NCBI GenBank assembly: GCA_963764725.1 | Contig: CAVXTM010000005.1 | Coordinates: 1-64,000 of the forward strand | Length of the DNA: 64,000 bases | Source of the DNA: an uncultured Gammaproteobacteria bacterium | GTDB taxonomy: Bacteria > Pseudomonadota > Gammaproteobacteria > JACCXJ01 | Direction of reading: 5' to 3' | In this document: positions 20,476 to 30,676 of the stretch, in pieces | Numbering within the stretch: position 1 is the first letter of the stretch | Layout: the number at the start of each line of letters is the position of its first letter | Notes under the pieces: generated by a model | Databases searched by the model: none | Told to the model about the DNA's origin: nothing | The model's input: only the letters and a program-made list of their open reading frames with translations | Translations under genes and position numbers: made by a program

Positions 20476-22745
20476 ATGGCACGCCCACCCAAAGAAGCCT
20501 ACGACCTCACCGACGCCGAGAAGCGCGATCTCATCCAGCTCATCCAGCAGGGCAAGACCGCTGCCGGAGCAATACCGCTTCGTCCTCTTCGAGGACAAGC
20601 GCGAGGTGGAGCTGGTCTGGAACGGCAAGAGCCGCGAGGTCTGCACCACCGTGCTGCCCTTCCAGTCGCTGGAGCACGTGGACGAACCGCGCCGGGAAGC
20701 GCCGGAATCGCCGCAGCTCGATCTCTTCGATTTCCGCGGCCGCCAGCTCAAGGGTTGGACCAACAAGCTCATCTGGGGCGACAACAAGCTGATCCTGTCG
20801 TCCTTGAAGTGCGGCGCGCTGCGCCGGCAGATCGAGGAGGCGGGCGGTCTCAAGCTTATCTACATCGATCCGCCCTTCGACGTCGGCGCCGACTTCTCCA
20901 TGGACATCGAGATCGGCGGCGAGACCTTCCACAAGGAGCCGAACCTCTTGGAGCAGATCGCCTACCGCGACACCTGGGGCAGGGGCGCGGATTCCTTCAT
21001 CTCGATGATCTACGAGCGGCTGATCCTGATGCGGGATTTGTTGGCGGAGGAGGGGAGTATCTATGTGCATTGTGATTGGCGGGTGAATGGATTGATTCGC
21101 CTCGCCTTAGACGAAATCTTTGGTTCAGACCAATTCCTTAACGAGATCCTTTGGCGACGCCGCACAAATACCGTTAAAGCCATCTCCAAGAAGTTTTCAG
21201 TAAATACTGACACCATTTTTCTGTACACCAGGAACAAAGACTTCCTATAACTTCAGCATACAATACGGGGACTACCCGCCAGAATACTTTGAAAGATTCA
21301 ATCAACACGATGACCGATGGGAAGTATCGTTGGAACGTAATGGCGACTTACTCGGAAGAACGACTGAAACGTCTTGAGGCAGAAGGCAAGGTTAGGTTTT
21401 CAGAAGGAGCAAAATATCCAGAATTCAAACAGCTATGTACACGAACTTAAAGGACGCCCAATTGAAAACATCTGGGACGAGATCGATATGATCAATGCTA
21501 TGAGTGTTGAGAGGCTTGGATTACTCCACCCAAAAACCCGAAGCCCTCCTCGAACGCATTATTAAGGCCAGCAGCAACGAAGGCGACCTCATCGCTGACT
21601 TCTTCTGCGGCTCCGGCACCACGGCGGCGGTGGCGGAAAAGCTCGGGCGGAAGTGGATCTGCACCGACCTCGGCAAATTCGCCATCCACACGACCCGCAA
21701 GCGGCTGATCCAGGTGCAGCGCGAGCTGAAGGAATCGGGCAAGCCGTTCCGCGCCTTCGAGGTCTTGAACCTCGGCCGCTACGAGCGCCAGGCCTACCTC
21801 AACGTCGGCGGGCGGCTCACCGGCCAACAGAAAGAACAGGCGCTGGCGCGAAAGGAACGCGAGTTCCGCGATCTGATCCTGCGCGCCTACCGCGCCCAGC
21901 CACTGGAAGATGCGAGCTTCTTCCACGGCAAGAACGCGGGCCGCCTGGTCGTCGTCGGCCCGATCAACCTGCCCGTCGGAAGGTTGTTCGTCGAAGAGGT
22001 CATCACCGAATGCCGCAAGCGCGGCGCCTCGCGCGTGGACGTGCTGGCCTTCGAGTTCGAGATGGGCCTCTTTCCTGCCGTGCTCGACGAGGCGAAGCAA
22101 AAGGGCATCGACCTCGCGCCCAAATACATCCCGGCGGAAGTCTTCGACAAGCGCGCCGTGGACAAGGGCCAGGTCGTCTTTCACGACGTGAGCTTCGTCG
22201 AAGCCACGCCGCGCTACGACAAAAAGAATAGTTTCACACTCCAAATCGAGCTGACCGACTTCTCCGTCTACTACACGCAAGGCGCGCTCGATGCCGCCGC
22301 CGCAAGTCTCAAGAACGGCAAGAGTCAAGTGGTGTGCGAACAAGGCCAGCTCATCAAAATCGCAAAGGACAAGGACGGAATCGTCACCCGCGAGACGCTC
22401 ACCAAGCACTGGACGGACTGGGTCGATTATTGGGCGGTGGACTTCGACTACATGAGCCGCCAGGAGATCATCAAAGTCCCAAAGGGGATGGGGATCGACA
22501 GCAGCCTGCCCGGCTTCGAGCCTCCGCAAGGCGGGCTGGACTTGCCGGAGTTCGAGGAACATTGGACGGGCAGTTACATCTTTGAGAACGAGTGGCAGAG
22601 CTTCCGCACTCGACGAAACAGAGAACTTGAACTTGTCTCGGCACCGCACACCTACGCAGCGAAACGCCGTTACACCGTGGCCGTAAAGGTGATCGACATC
22701 TTCGGCAATGACACCATGGTGCTGGTGCCAGTGAGCGTGGGCTAA
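20476..22745 (+). CDS. mod: Type III R-M Mod subunit (adenine methyltransferase), interrupted by about five +1 frameshifts
   Basis: IYIDPPF, TQKPE.LL and [10 protein letters not shown] single frame is restored by removing one base each at about 20557, 21245, 21315, 21433 and 21519. Confidence 0.88.
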
Positions 22746-22837
22746 TGGTTCTGCTTGAATTTAAAGAGGCAAGAGGCAGGGCCAAGCGCTAATCAGGAAA
22801 CTGCAAAGCGCGACCTACGCCGAACTCGTCGCCGCCG

Positions 22838-23074
22838 TTGAGCGGCTGGGGTTTTAACATGTATTGCTGGGTTACAGGCTCAACGATGCCGTCATGGCCG
22901 GAGTACGACACCGAGCTTAAGGTGCTTTACTCGGGCACAGATGAAGCCGAGGCCGTGCGCGTCGCAAAGGATGCTGCTGCAAAAGAAATCTACGCCAAGG
23001 TGTTGGCCAAGGCGCTCGGGGGCATCACCTTATATCGCGCGATTCATCCGGCGATTCGAGCCAGGATGGGATGA
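22838..23074 (+). CDS. Small hypothetical protein
   Basis: ORF only. Confidence 0.3.
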   Translation: MSGWGFNMYCWVTGSTMPSWPEYDTELKVLYSGTDEAEAVRVAKDAAAKEIYAKVLAKALGGITLYRAIHPAIRARMG

Positions 23075-23113
23075 GCGCCGCGTCCGCGGCGCTAGCGCGG
23101 CTGGGGTTTTAAT

Positions 23114-23413
23114 ATGCGACCGAAGCCAGACAACGAGCTCGTCACTTGGAAGCACTGCGGCCACCGCTACGAGCTAATCTTGACTAGGCTGCACGCCGAG
23201 CGCTACGACTGGCAACCGACATGCGACACGTGCGGCAAGCGGCTGCGCTCCGGGATCGAGCAATACGAGCACGAACAGGCGGCGGTCGATTTACTGACGG
23301 GCCGGAACCCCTTTGACGGCAACCTGCACCTGTCGCGCTTAGAACGGTGGGAGGGGCTTGACAGGCTCGCCGTTTATGCCCGCGCCGGGAAGGACAATCC
23401 CGAGCCCGGCTAG
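23114..23413 (+). CDS. Small hypothetical protein with possible Zn ribbon
   Basis: HCGH...CDTCG spacing. Confidence 0.4.
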   Translation: MRPKPDNELVTWKHCGHRYELILTRLHAERYDWQPTCDTCGKRLRSGIEQYEHEQAAVDLLTGRNPFDGNLHLSRLERWEGLDRLAVYARAGKDNPEPG

Positions 23414-23705
23414 TGCTTCATGAACCCCGGCTTACCCAGGTAGGCCGGCTCGAACTCGGCGCCCACATCGCGCACCGCACCTTGGTCGAGGATCGCGAAG
23501 GACCTGGGTAAACCGGAAATTCGGAGCGTCCGCCTGTCATCCGTCAAATTTTCCGCCCTGGGCAAGACCCAAGTTCAATTTCTAGGCCCGGCTTGCATCA
23601 GCGGGCAGAGCGAACACGCAGAGCGGCAGCGTGCAACAGGAAGGGACCCGCGGAATTCCTCCCGCGGGCCTTTTTCGTTACTGACGAACGAGGTTCTTTC
23701 CCGGC

Positions 23706-24347
23706 CTACATCGCGGGACTGCAATCGGTACGACGGATCGTTGCCCGACGGTTCTGGGCACGTCCTTCTTCCGTTGTATTGTCTGCGATCGGATTTTCCT
23801 CGCCTAGGCCCTGCGTGACGAGACGGTCGCCCATCTGTACACCTTTCGATGTGAGGTACTCCGCCACCGCGTCCGCGCGCTGCTTGGACAGGGTCTTGTT
23901 GTAGGCATCGTCGCCGGCGTCGTCGGTATAGCCGTCGACCGAACCGGCAATGAAGTGCAGGTTTGGATTCTTCAGGACTTCCGCGAGCCGATCGAGTTCG
24001 GCCTTGTCTTCGTCGACCAGTTCGGCCGAGTCGGACGCAAAGTGCGTCTGCAGCGTGTAATCGCAATCGCAACCTGATGGTCCAATGCGCCTACCAAGTG
24101 ATGGAAGTGGCGATGCTCGCCCACCAGCCTTCGTTTCAGGACACTGGTCGTCAGAATCGCAGACACCATCCATGTCACCATCCGCGCACTTCGCCGGCTC
24201 CGGTGCCGAGGCGACCGGTGCGGGCTCCTCCTTCTTCGCCGGCTCCGGTGCCGAGGCGACCGGTGCGGGCTCCTCCTTGCTACAGGCGCATAAGCCCACC
24301 AGCACAAGAGCCACCAATATCGCAAATCTTTTGTTGTGTGTAATCAT
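23706..24347 (-). CDS. OmpA-family lipoprotein
   Basis: Lipobox LCAC, DGDMDGVCDSDDQCP, GYTD...N..LS..RA and NRR OmpA C-domain motifs. Confidence 0.9.
   Translation of the reverse strand: MITHNKRFAILVALVLVGLCACSKEEPAPVASAPEPAKKEEPAPVASAPEPAKCADGDMDGVCDSDDQCPETKAGGRASPLPSLGRRIGPSGCDCDYTLQTHFASDSAELVDEDKAELDRLAEVLKNPNLHFIAGSVDGYTDDAGDDAYNKTLSKQRADAVAEYLTSKGVQMGDRLVTQGLGEENPIADNTTEEGRAQNRRATIRRTDCSPAM
24189..24278 (-). repeat. Two-copy 45-bp coding tandem repeat (KEEPAPVASAPEPAK)
   Basis: Exact duplication within the OmpA linker. Confidence 0.85.
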
Positions 24348-24482
24348 CGTGGGTTCCTCTTTGTATCAAGTGTATTGATGTGATTTATATTGCGTGTGAC
24401 CAACCCTCCCTTCTCTTTGAGCATCAGGGCCTTTAATTCCAAACAGTCTGTCGACACAATCCGATTGCATTAACTCAGTGAG

Positions 24483-24640
24483 GTAAGCCCCCGGCTTTGC
24501 CCGGGGACTCACGTGGTTTGACCTGTACTACGGTCGGTGTGAATCTCCGATCTCCGCCAAGAGAAGGGGATTCACAGATGAAAGAATATCAGAGTTTTAG
24601 TCATACGAGATGGGACTGCAAATATCACGTAGTGTTTATA
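24483..24640 (+). mobile_element. tnpA: IS200/IS605 left end and truncated tnpA
   Basis: Hairpin CCCCGGCTTTGCCCGGGG, then MKEYQSFSHTRWDCKYHVVFI from 24578, abruptly truncated. Confidence 0.8.
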
Positions 24641-24689
24641 GTGCGGCGCGACTTCGAGCTCTGGGACCCGCACCTTTCCGACGATACAT

Positions 24690-25034
24690 TGGTGGAGCGG
24701 CTCCTACTGCGTGACGGAGTACGTGGGCGGGATTCAGTTCATGCGCCCGATCCAGGTCGGTGAGCTGGTCGAGGTGCGTGCGCAGGTCGCCTATACCGGC
24801 AGGACGAGTGTGCACGTGGCGATCGACGTGCACGCCGGCGACCCTCGCGGGGCCGATCGGTTGATGCGGACCACGATCTGCGTGATCGTCTTCGTGGCAC
24901 TCGGCACTGACGGCAAGCCCCACCCGGTTCCGCGCTGGGTCCCCGGCACCGACCACGAGCGCCTGATCGAGGACTACGCGATCAAGATGATGGAATTCCG
25001 GAAGGTGCTCGAGAGGCAGGCTGCTGGGCGCTGA
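24690..25034 (+). pseudogene. Acyl-CoA thioesterase (hotdog fold), 5'-truncated
   Basis: YCVT.YVGGIQF.RPI.VG.LVEV.A.VAYTGRTS...VFVAL...GKP; N-terminus missing. Confidence 0.7.
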
Positions 25035-25057
25035 AGTTATGAAGCGCATCGGCCGCG

Positions 25058-25092
25058 AGCGATACGGTTCCCTTCGTTCACCGCACCCTACA
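25058..25092 (-). repeat. GTAG-type REP-like palindrome
   Basis: Reverse complement reads GTAGGGTGCGGTGAACGAAGGGAACCGTATC. Confidence 0.4.
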
Positions 25093-25166
25093 CGGGCTCC
25101 GTTTCGTAATCCGGCGATCGTGAGATCCGGGAACCGCGCCGGAACGCCGCCGATGGCGTATCGCGG

Positions 25167-25703
25167 TCAGCGGCCGAGTGAGTCGAGCACCGAATAGCGA
25201 TACATCTGCTTGAGGTGCTCCAGCTTGACCGGGTCTAGTAACTCCCGGTCCGCGCTCTGCTCTCGGGTATGCGGTGGGTTCAGAAGCTCCGTCAGCCGTA
25301 TGTTCTCCGCGAGGTCTTCCAGGCGCTGGCGGCGCTCCGCGCGGGTCAGCTCGCCCTTCGCGATGCGCGCCGTCATGGCCTGGTCTTCCTCGATCGCCTG
25401 CTGATACAGCCGCGGCACCCGCGCCTGCGGCATCAGCACCTCTCGAACGCCGCGGTAGACGCAGTGCCTCCAGGGCACCTCGTTCTCTCCAAGCTCACGG
25501 GCCCCGAGGACATCCCCTTTCGCCCGGCTGTATCCGTAACGGGCGGTGCACGCAGCGATCCGATCCTGGAACCGGGACAAGATCTCATCCAAGGCGCCGC
25601 CCCCGCCATCTTGAGCCCAGGAAGCGCCCGGGTTCAGCCCGGCGAATGCGAACGCAACCGCGAGCAGGAAAGCACGCGCGGATCTGTGGGAATGCCCGGT
25701 CAT
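25167..25703 (-). CDS. Hypothetical exported protein
   Basis: Signal peptide ending ASWA-Q; paired Cys. Confidence 0.65.
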   Translation of the reverse strand: MTGHSHRSARAFLLAVAFAFAGLNPGASWAQDGGGGALDEILSRFQDRIAACTARYGYSRAKGDVLGARELGENEVPWRHCVYRGVREVLMPQARVPRLYQQAIEEDQAMTARIAKGELTRAERRQRLEDLAENIRLTELLNPPHTREQSADRELLDPVKLEHLKQMYRYSVLDSLGR

Positions 25704-25915
25704 GCGCTGCGTGACCCTCGAACTTTGAGACCTCGCTCGGCCATAGCCGCCTGGAACACGCGACCCTCTTGGTTATGGGGATATCGATGGTTTTTTTCGG
25801 CGCGAGGAAATGTATCGATGGACCAACGGCTTGTCAACGATGCGATGCGCCCTCCTGGGATGGGGGATTGGTGAACGATCAGATCACGCAGAGCAGGTCT
25901 GTGGGGAGCGAACCG

Positions 25916-26818
25916 ATGCGCGGAGTCGATGATCGTCAGGATGTAATGTTCAGTTATATATCGCTGGATGCCCGGGTGCCGGAGGAGCATCCATTGCGCC
26001 CGATTCGGGTGTTGGTAGATGAAGCGCTGGAGGCATTGACGAAGGAGTTTGAAGTGATGTACGCGGTGGATGGTCGGCCGTCGATCGCCCCGGAGCGGCT
26101 GTTGTGCGAGCAGTTGGACTACAACCTGCTGTTCCGCTGGTTTGTGGGTGTTTGACCATTCGACGTTTTCCAAGAACCGGGTTGGAGGCGGACATCGCGG
26201 GGGCGTTGAGGGGTTGACCTCCGATGAGCATTTCAGTGTCGATGGCACGTTGATAGACACGTGGGCCTCTCAGAAGAGTTTCCGGCGTAAGGATGGCGGG
26301 GATGATGAGAACCCCGCGGGGGTGGGACGCAACGCCGGACGCAATTTCCACGATGAAGGGCGCACCCGGCCAAGCTCTGTCATGCAGCCCAGGTAGTGAT
26401 GGAGAACCGCAAGGGCCTGGTCGCCGCTGCCAAAGTGGTGCCGGCCACCGGCACCGCCGAGCCGGAGACGGCCATCGAGATGCTGGCCGAGTTGCAAAGT
26501 CGCGGTCAAGTCACGGTCGGTGCCGACAAAGCCTATGACACCCACGAGTTTGTTGAGCGGCTCCGTGACCTCAACGTCACCCCGCATGTGGCACAGAATC
26601 ATAAGCGGCGCGGTGGCTCTGCCATCGATGCTCGCACGACCCGCCATGCGGGCTATGAGGTGAGCCAGCGCATCCGCTTCCGCTGGGGCAAGACGGTCGG
26701 TGGGCTGCGGCAGACGAAATATCGCAGCACACGCAAGGTCGACTTTCAGTTCGTGCTCACCATGACCGCCTACAACCTGGTGCGGCTGCGAAACTTGCCT
26801 CATCCAGCGCCGGCGTAG
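25916..26818 (+). pseudogene. Degenerate IS5-family (IS1182-like) transposase
   Basis: MFSYISLDARVPEEHPLRPIR, GRPSI.PE, DHSTFSKNR, SVDGTLI..WAS, GADKAYD and AYNLVRL spread over three frames with deletions. Confidence 0.85.
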
Positions 26819-26960
26819 GAGCGATCCGTGCCAAATGAAGAGATCCCAGCATCGGAGAGCAAATTACCATGCAGAATCGCAGCTCATCCCCACAGACTTC
26901 GCTCGGGACTTTGGCGCGCGCACCGCGTTGCGCAGCATCGAGGCTGCTGCGCCGACCGTC

Positions 26961-28850
26961 TCAAGCCGGTTCGGGCGCGGCGTCGGCCGGAGGTGTAGAG
27001 CTAGGCCGCCGCTCCTCTTCCGACCAGTCCTTTGGGGGATTGGGGGTGCGGCCGGCCATGAGATCGTCAATCTGCGTGCTCTCGATGGTCTCGTACTTGA
27101 TAAGCGTCTCGGCCATCTTGTGCAAGATGCCCACGTGCGCCTGTAGACACGCCTTCGCCCGCGCGTAAGTCTTGTCAATGAGCGCCCGCACCTCCTGGTC
27201 AATGGCATGGGCGGTCTCATCGGACACCGTTTTGTGCTGGGTCACCGAATGGCCTAAAAAGACTTCCCCCTCATCCTTGCTGTAGGCCAAGGGCCCGAGC
27301 TTCTCCGATAAGCCCCATTTCGTGACCATGTTGCGCGCAATCTCGGTTGCCTTCTCGATATCGTTGGAAGCCCCCGTGGTCACTTTCTCCGCCCCGAAGA
27401 TCAATTCCTCCGCAATCCGTCCCCCAAAGGCCGTGCAAAGCTGGCTCTCCAACCGCTCCTTGCTGTAACTCAACCGATCCTGCTCGGGCAGAAACATCGT
27501 CACCCCCAAGGCCCGCCCGCGCGGGATAATCGTCACCTTGTAGACCGGATCGTGGGCCGGCATCAACCGCCCGACGATCGCATGCCCCGCCTCATGATAG
27601 GCCGTCAGCCGCTTCTCCTCTTCACTCATCACCATGGAGCGACGCTCGGCCCCCATCATGATCTTGTCCTTGGCCTTCTCAAAATCCTGCATCTCCACCG
27701 TGCGCTTGTTCGCACGCGCCGCAAACAGCGCCGCCTCATTGACCAGATTCGCCAGATCCGCCCCCGAGAACCCCGGCGTCCCACGCGCAATGATCGAGGG
27801 CTTGACATCTTCGGAGACCGGCGCCTTCCTCATGTGCACCTTCAAGATCTGCTCTCGCCCCCGGATATCGGGCAAAGGCACCACGACATGGCGGTCAAAC
27901 CGACCCGGCCTCAGTAACGCCGGATCCAACACATCGGGCCGGTTGGTCGCCGCAATGATGATGACCCCCTCATTGCCCTCAAACCCATCCATCTCCACCA
28001 GCAATTGATTGAGCGTCTGCTCCCGCTCATCATGGCCGCCCCCTAAACCCGCCCCCCGATGCCGCCCGACCGCATCGATCTCGTCAATAAACACAATACA
28101 AGGCGCATGCTTCTTCGCCTGCTCGAACATGTCGCGCACCCGCGAAGCCCCCACCCCCACAAACATCTCCACAAAATCCGACCCCGAAATGGTGAAAAAC
28201 GGGACCTTCGCTTCCCCCGCAATCGCCCGCGCGAGCAAGGTCTTCCCCGTCCCGGGCGATCCGATCATCAATACCCCGCGCGGGATCTTCCCCCCTAACT
28301 TCTGAAACTTCCCCGGATCACGCAGGAACTCCACCAGCTCCACCACCTCTTCCTTCGCTTCCTCCACCCCCGCCACATCGGCAAAGGTCACCTTCACCTG
28401 ATCCTCACCCAATAACCGCGCCCGGCTCTTCCCGAACGACATGGCCCCCCGGCCCGCACCCCCCCCTTGCATCTGCCGCATGAAGAAGATCCACACCGCA
28501 ATCAATAACAACATCGGAAACCAGGAGATAAAAATCTGCATCAAAACACCCTGATTCTCCGGCGCCCGCGCCTCGATCTCCACCCCATGATCCAATAACA
28601 ACCCTATCAACGGCGCATTGTCCGTCTCGGGACTGTAGGTCTCGAAGGTGGTTGCGTCAGACATTTCGCCGCGGATGGTTTCCCCGTCGAACACCACTTC
28701 TTCGACACGCCCAGACTTCACGTCGGCGATAAACTGGGAATATTCGATATGACTATCTACCGTGACGCGCGGACCTAAATTGTTGAACGCTAACGCGATC
28801 ACGAACCCAACGATGAAAAAAAGGATCAAGTTTCTGACGGTCGTGCTCAT
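26961..28850 (-). CDS. ftsH: ATP-dependent zinc metalloprotease FtsH (probable paralog)
   Basis: Two TM helices, [17 protein letters not shown] region, HEAGH. Confidence 0.97.
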   Translation of the reverse strand: MSTTVRNLILFFIVGFVIALAFNNLGPRVTVDSHIEYSQFIADVKSGRVEEVVFDGETIRGEMSDATTFETYSPETDNAPLIGLLLDHGVEIEARAPENQGVLMQIFISWFPMLLLIAVWIFFMRQMQGGGAGRGAMSFGKSRARLLGEDQVKVTFADVAGVEEAKEEVVELVEFLRDPGKFQKLGGKIPRGVLMIGSPGTGKTLLARAIAGEAKVPFFTISGSDFVEMFVGVGASRVRDMFEQAKKHAPCIVFIDEIDAVGRHRGAGLGGGHDEREQTLNQLLVEMDGFEGNEGVIIIAATNRPDVLDPALLRPGRFDRHVVVPLPDIRGREQILKVHMRKAPVSEDVKPSIIARGTPGFSGADLANLVNEAALFAARANKRTVEMQDFEKAKDKIMMGAERRSMVMSEEEKRLTAYHEAGHAIVGRLMPAHDPVYKVTIIPRGRALGVTMFLPEQDRLSYSKERLESQLCTAFGGRIAEELIFGAEKVTTGASNDIEKATEIARNMVTKWGLSEKLGPLAYSKDEGEVFLGHSVTQHKTVSDETAHAIDQEVRALIDKTYARAKACLQAHVGILHKMAETLIKYETIESTQIDDLMAGRTPNPPKDWSEEERRPSSTPPADAAPEPA

Positions 28851-29073
28851 ACTGTGTCCCCTTGAAGAAACCCCGGGTGTTACGCGCAATTAAAGACGGC
28901 CATTGCGTGCATGCATTTGATGGGCCGCATGCGAGCTGAGTCTATCTTTCGCGGACGAAAAACTGCTTCATTGCGTAAGCGCTCCCCGCTCTGAAAATTA
29001 AGACAGGACGGATATAGTCAAGTTCATCACCAGTTCTCCACGGCGCGCCCGTTTGCGGCATCCACGTGCGGTA

Positions 29074-29469
29074 TTAGAGCGCGCGTGCTCCTGCCTCGGC
29101 GATCTGGCCATCTTCGGAGGATTTCACGCCGCTCACACCGATCGCGCCGACGATGTCGCCTTTATAGACAATCGGTACGCCGCCCTCAATGGGCAGCATC
29201 CCCGGCATCGACAGGTAGCCCAGCCGGCCGCCGGCGACCGTCTCTTCCCAGAATTTCGTCGGCCGCCGAAACATGAGGGCAGCGCGAGCTTTGGTAATCG
29301 CTACATCTACACTCCCGAGCTGGACCCTTTCGCGTTGCAAATACATCAGATGGCCGCCATCATCAACGACGGCGATGACGACGTTCCATTGGTTACGCGC
29401 GGCCTCGGTTTCGGCAGCGGCAACGACCCTTTTGACGTCATCAAGGCTTAGTATTTTTTTATTGTACAT
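29074..29469 (-). CDS. GlcG/HbpS family heme-binding protein
   Basis: IAVVDDGGHL, KARAA, GGVPI...GAIGVSG...D. Confidence 0.9.
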   Translation of the reverse strand: MYNKKILSLDDVKRVVAAAETEAARNQWNVVIAVVDDGGHLMYLQRERVQLGSVDVAITKARAALMFRRPTKFWEETVAGGRLGYLSMPGMLPIEGGVPIVYKGDIVGAIGVSGVKSSEDGQIAEAGARAL

Positions 29470-29549
29470 GTTCTTCTCCTTATTTTGATCGCGATAGGAT
29501 TAGAGTAGGAGGCTGAAGCAATTTATTCGGCGTTCTCGGTCGATCCCCT

Positions 29550-30398
29550 TTATCCTTGGTAGGTATTGCGACGCAGCTCGATTTTCCGCGCCATGCTGTC
29601 GACGGCCATGAGCAACGAATTGGTCAGTGCCGAGCTTTTAGCGTAATCGGCTGGAACCAGATTTGAAACGCGTCCCTCCTCGATAAAGCCCCACGCGCGC
29701 CCCCAACGCGCCCGATCCTCCGCATCATAGACGCCGATGGCGACGCCATCGTTCTTACGAATGAGCGAAAAACAGGGAATATCCGTGTAACCGTCGCCGA
29801 CAAAGATCATTTGGCTGATCGGGACGCGCAGGCGTTCCGGCGGCAGCTTACGATTGACATCGAAGGGTTTGCCGCGCGCCTCGGGCCCGACGATGCCCTT
29901 GGCAATGTGGAAGATGTAGCGCGTCTTGTCCGTGAAGCTCACGAGGTTGCGGGGAAACAGGATGCGGCCTTCGCCGTCGTATTCGAAGTCGCAGGCCCAG
30001 ATGTCTTTAAATTGGCGCGCAATCCTAGTTGCGGTTAAGGTCTCGCGCAGGCCGCTGCTCACCAGGTAGAATTCGACGCTGATGGCGGGATTCACGGACT
30101 GAACATGCTTTCTCAAGCGATCGAAGATACGCGTGGCACCGTTGTATAGCTGGATCCGGCGGCCACAATGGATAAGCTTCTCGCGCGTGATAGCGAGCGC
30201 GGGATCGCCGGAGTTGGATGCTTGCAGCATGCTATAGAGATACGCCGGTACCGGATCCCATCCGCCGCGAATCAATGCGTCCACGCGATCGCTCCAAAAC
30301 GCCTTGACGTCGATGCCGAGGCTATCGAGCAAACTCGAGGTGCTGTCCGGGGCTAGGGTATCGTCGAAATCGAATATAACGGCGATGATATCTTGCAT
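29550..30398 (-). CDS. HAD-like hydrolase
   Basis: FDFDDTL, VSSG, K, VGDGYTDIP. Confidence 0.85.
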   Translation of the reverse strand: MQDIIAVIFDFDDTLAPDSTSSLLDSLGIDVKAFWSDRVDALIRGGWDPVPAYLYSMLQASNSGDPALAITREKLIHCGRRIQLYNGATRIFDRLRKHVQSVNPAISVEFYLVSSGLRETLTATRIARQFKDIWACDFEYDGEGRILFPRNLVSFTDKTRYIFHIAKGIVGPEARGKPFDVNRKLPPERLRVPISQMIFVGDGYTDIPCFSLIRKNDGVAIGVYDAEDRARWGRAWGFIEEGRVSNLVPADYAKSSALTNSLLMAVDSMARKIELRRNTYQG

Positions 30399-30676
30399 CG
30401 GTTCTGCTTCGCTTGAGTGCCGCGATACTAGGTCAAAGCCACGGCTCGCGGCAACAGCGGCCGCTGCGCGTCAAGCGCGATGCCATTGCCCTAGGGCGCG
30501 CGTTTTAGCGGCAGGGGCGGCCCGCCATGACAATGGCGGAGTGGCTGCGCTATCCTAAAAGCTCCGCCGGATCGCGGTTCCACGCCCGGCTAGAAAACGC
30601 AAGAGAGAAAAGGCGGGGGCCGGACGTGTGTTCCGAAGCCGCGCCAGGGTTTATTAATAATTGGGGTTGTTACATT

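Noticed and set aside
20470-21075. 201-aa ORF overlapping mod
   Set aside because: Only its first 29 or so codons are the true mod N-terminus; the rest is out-of-frame read-through after the insertion at about 20557.
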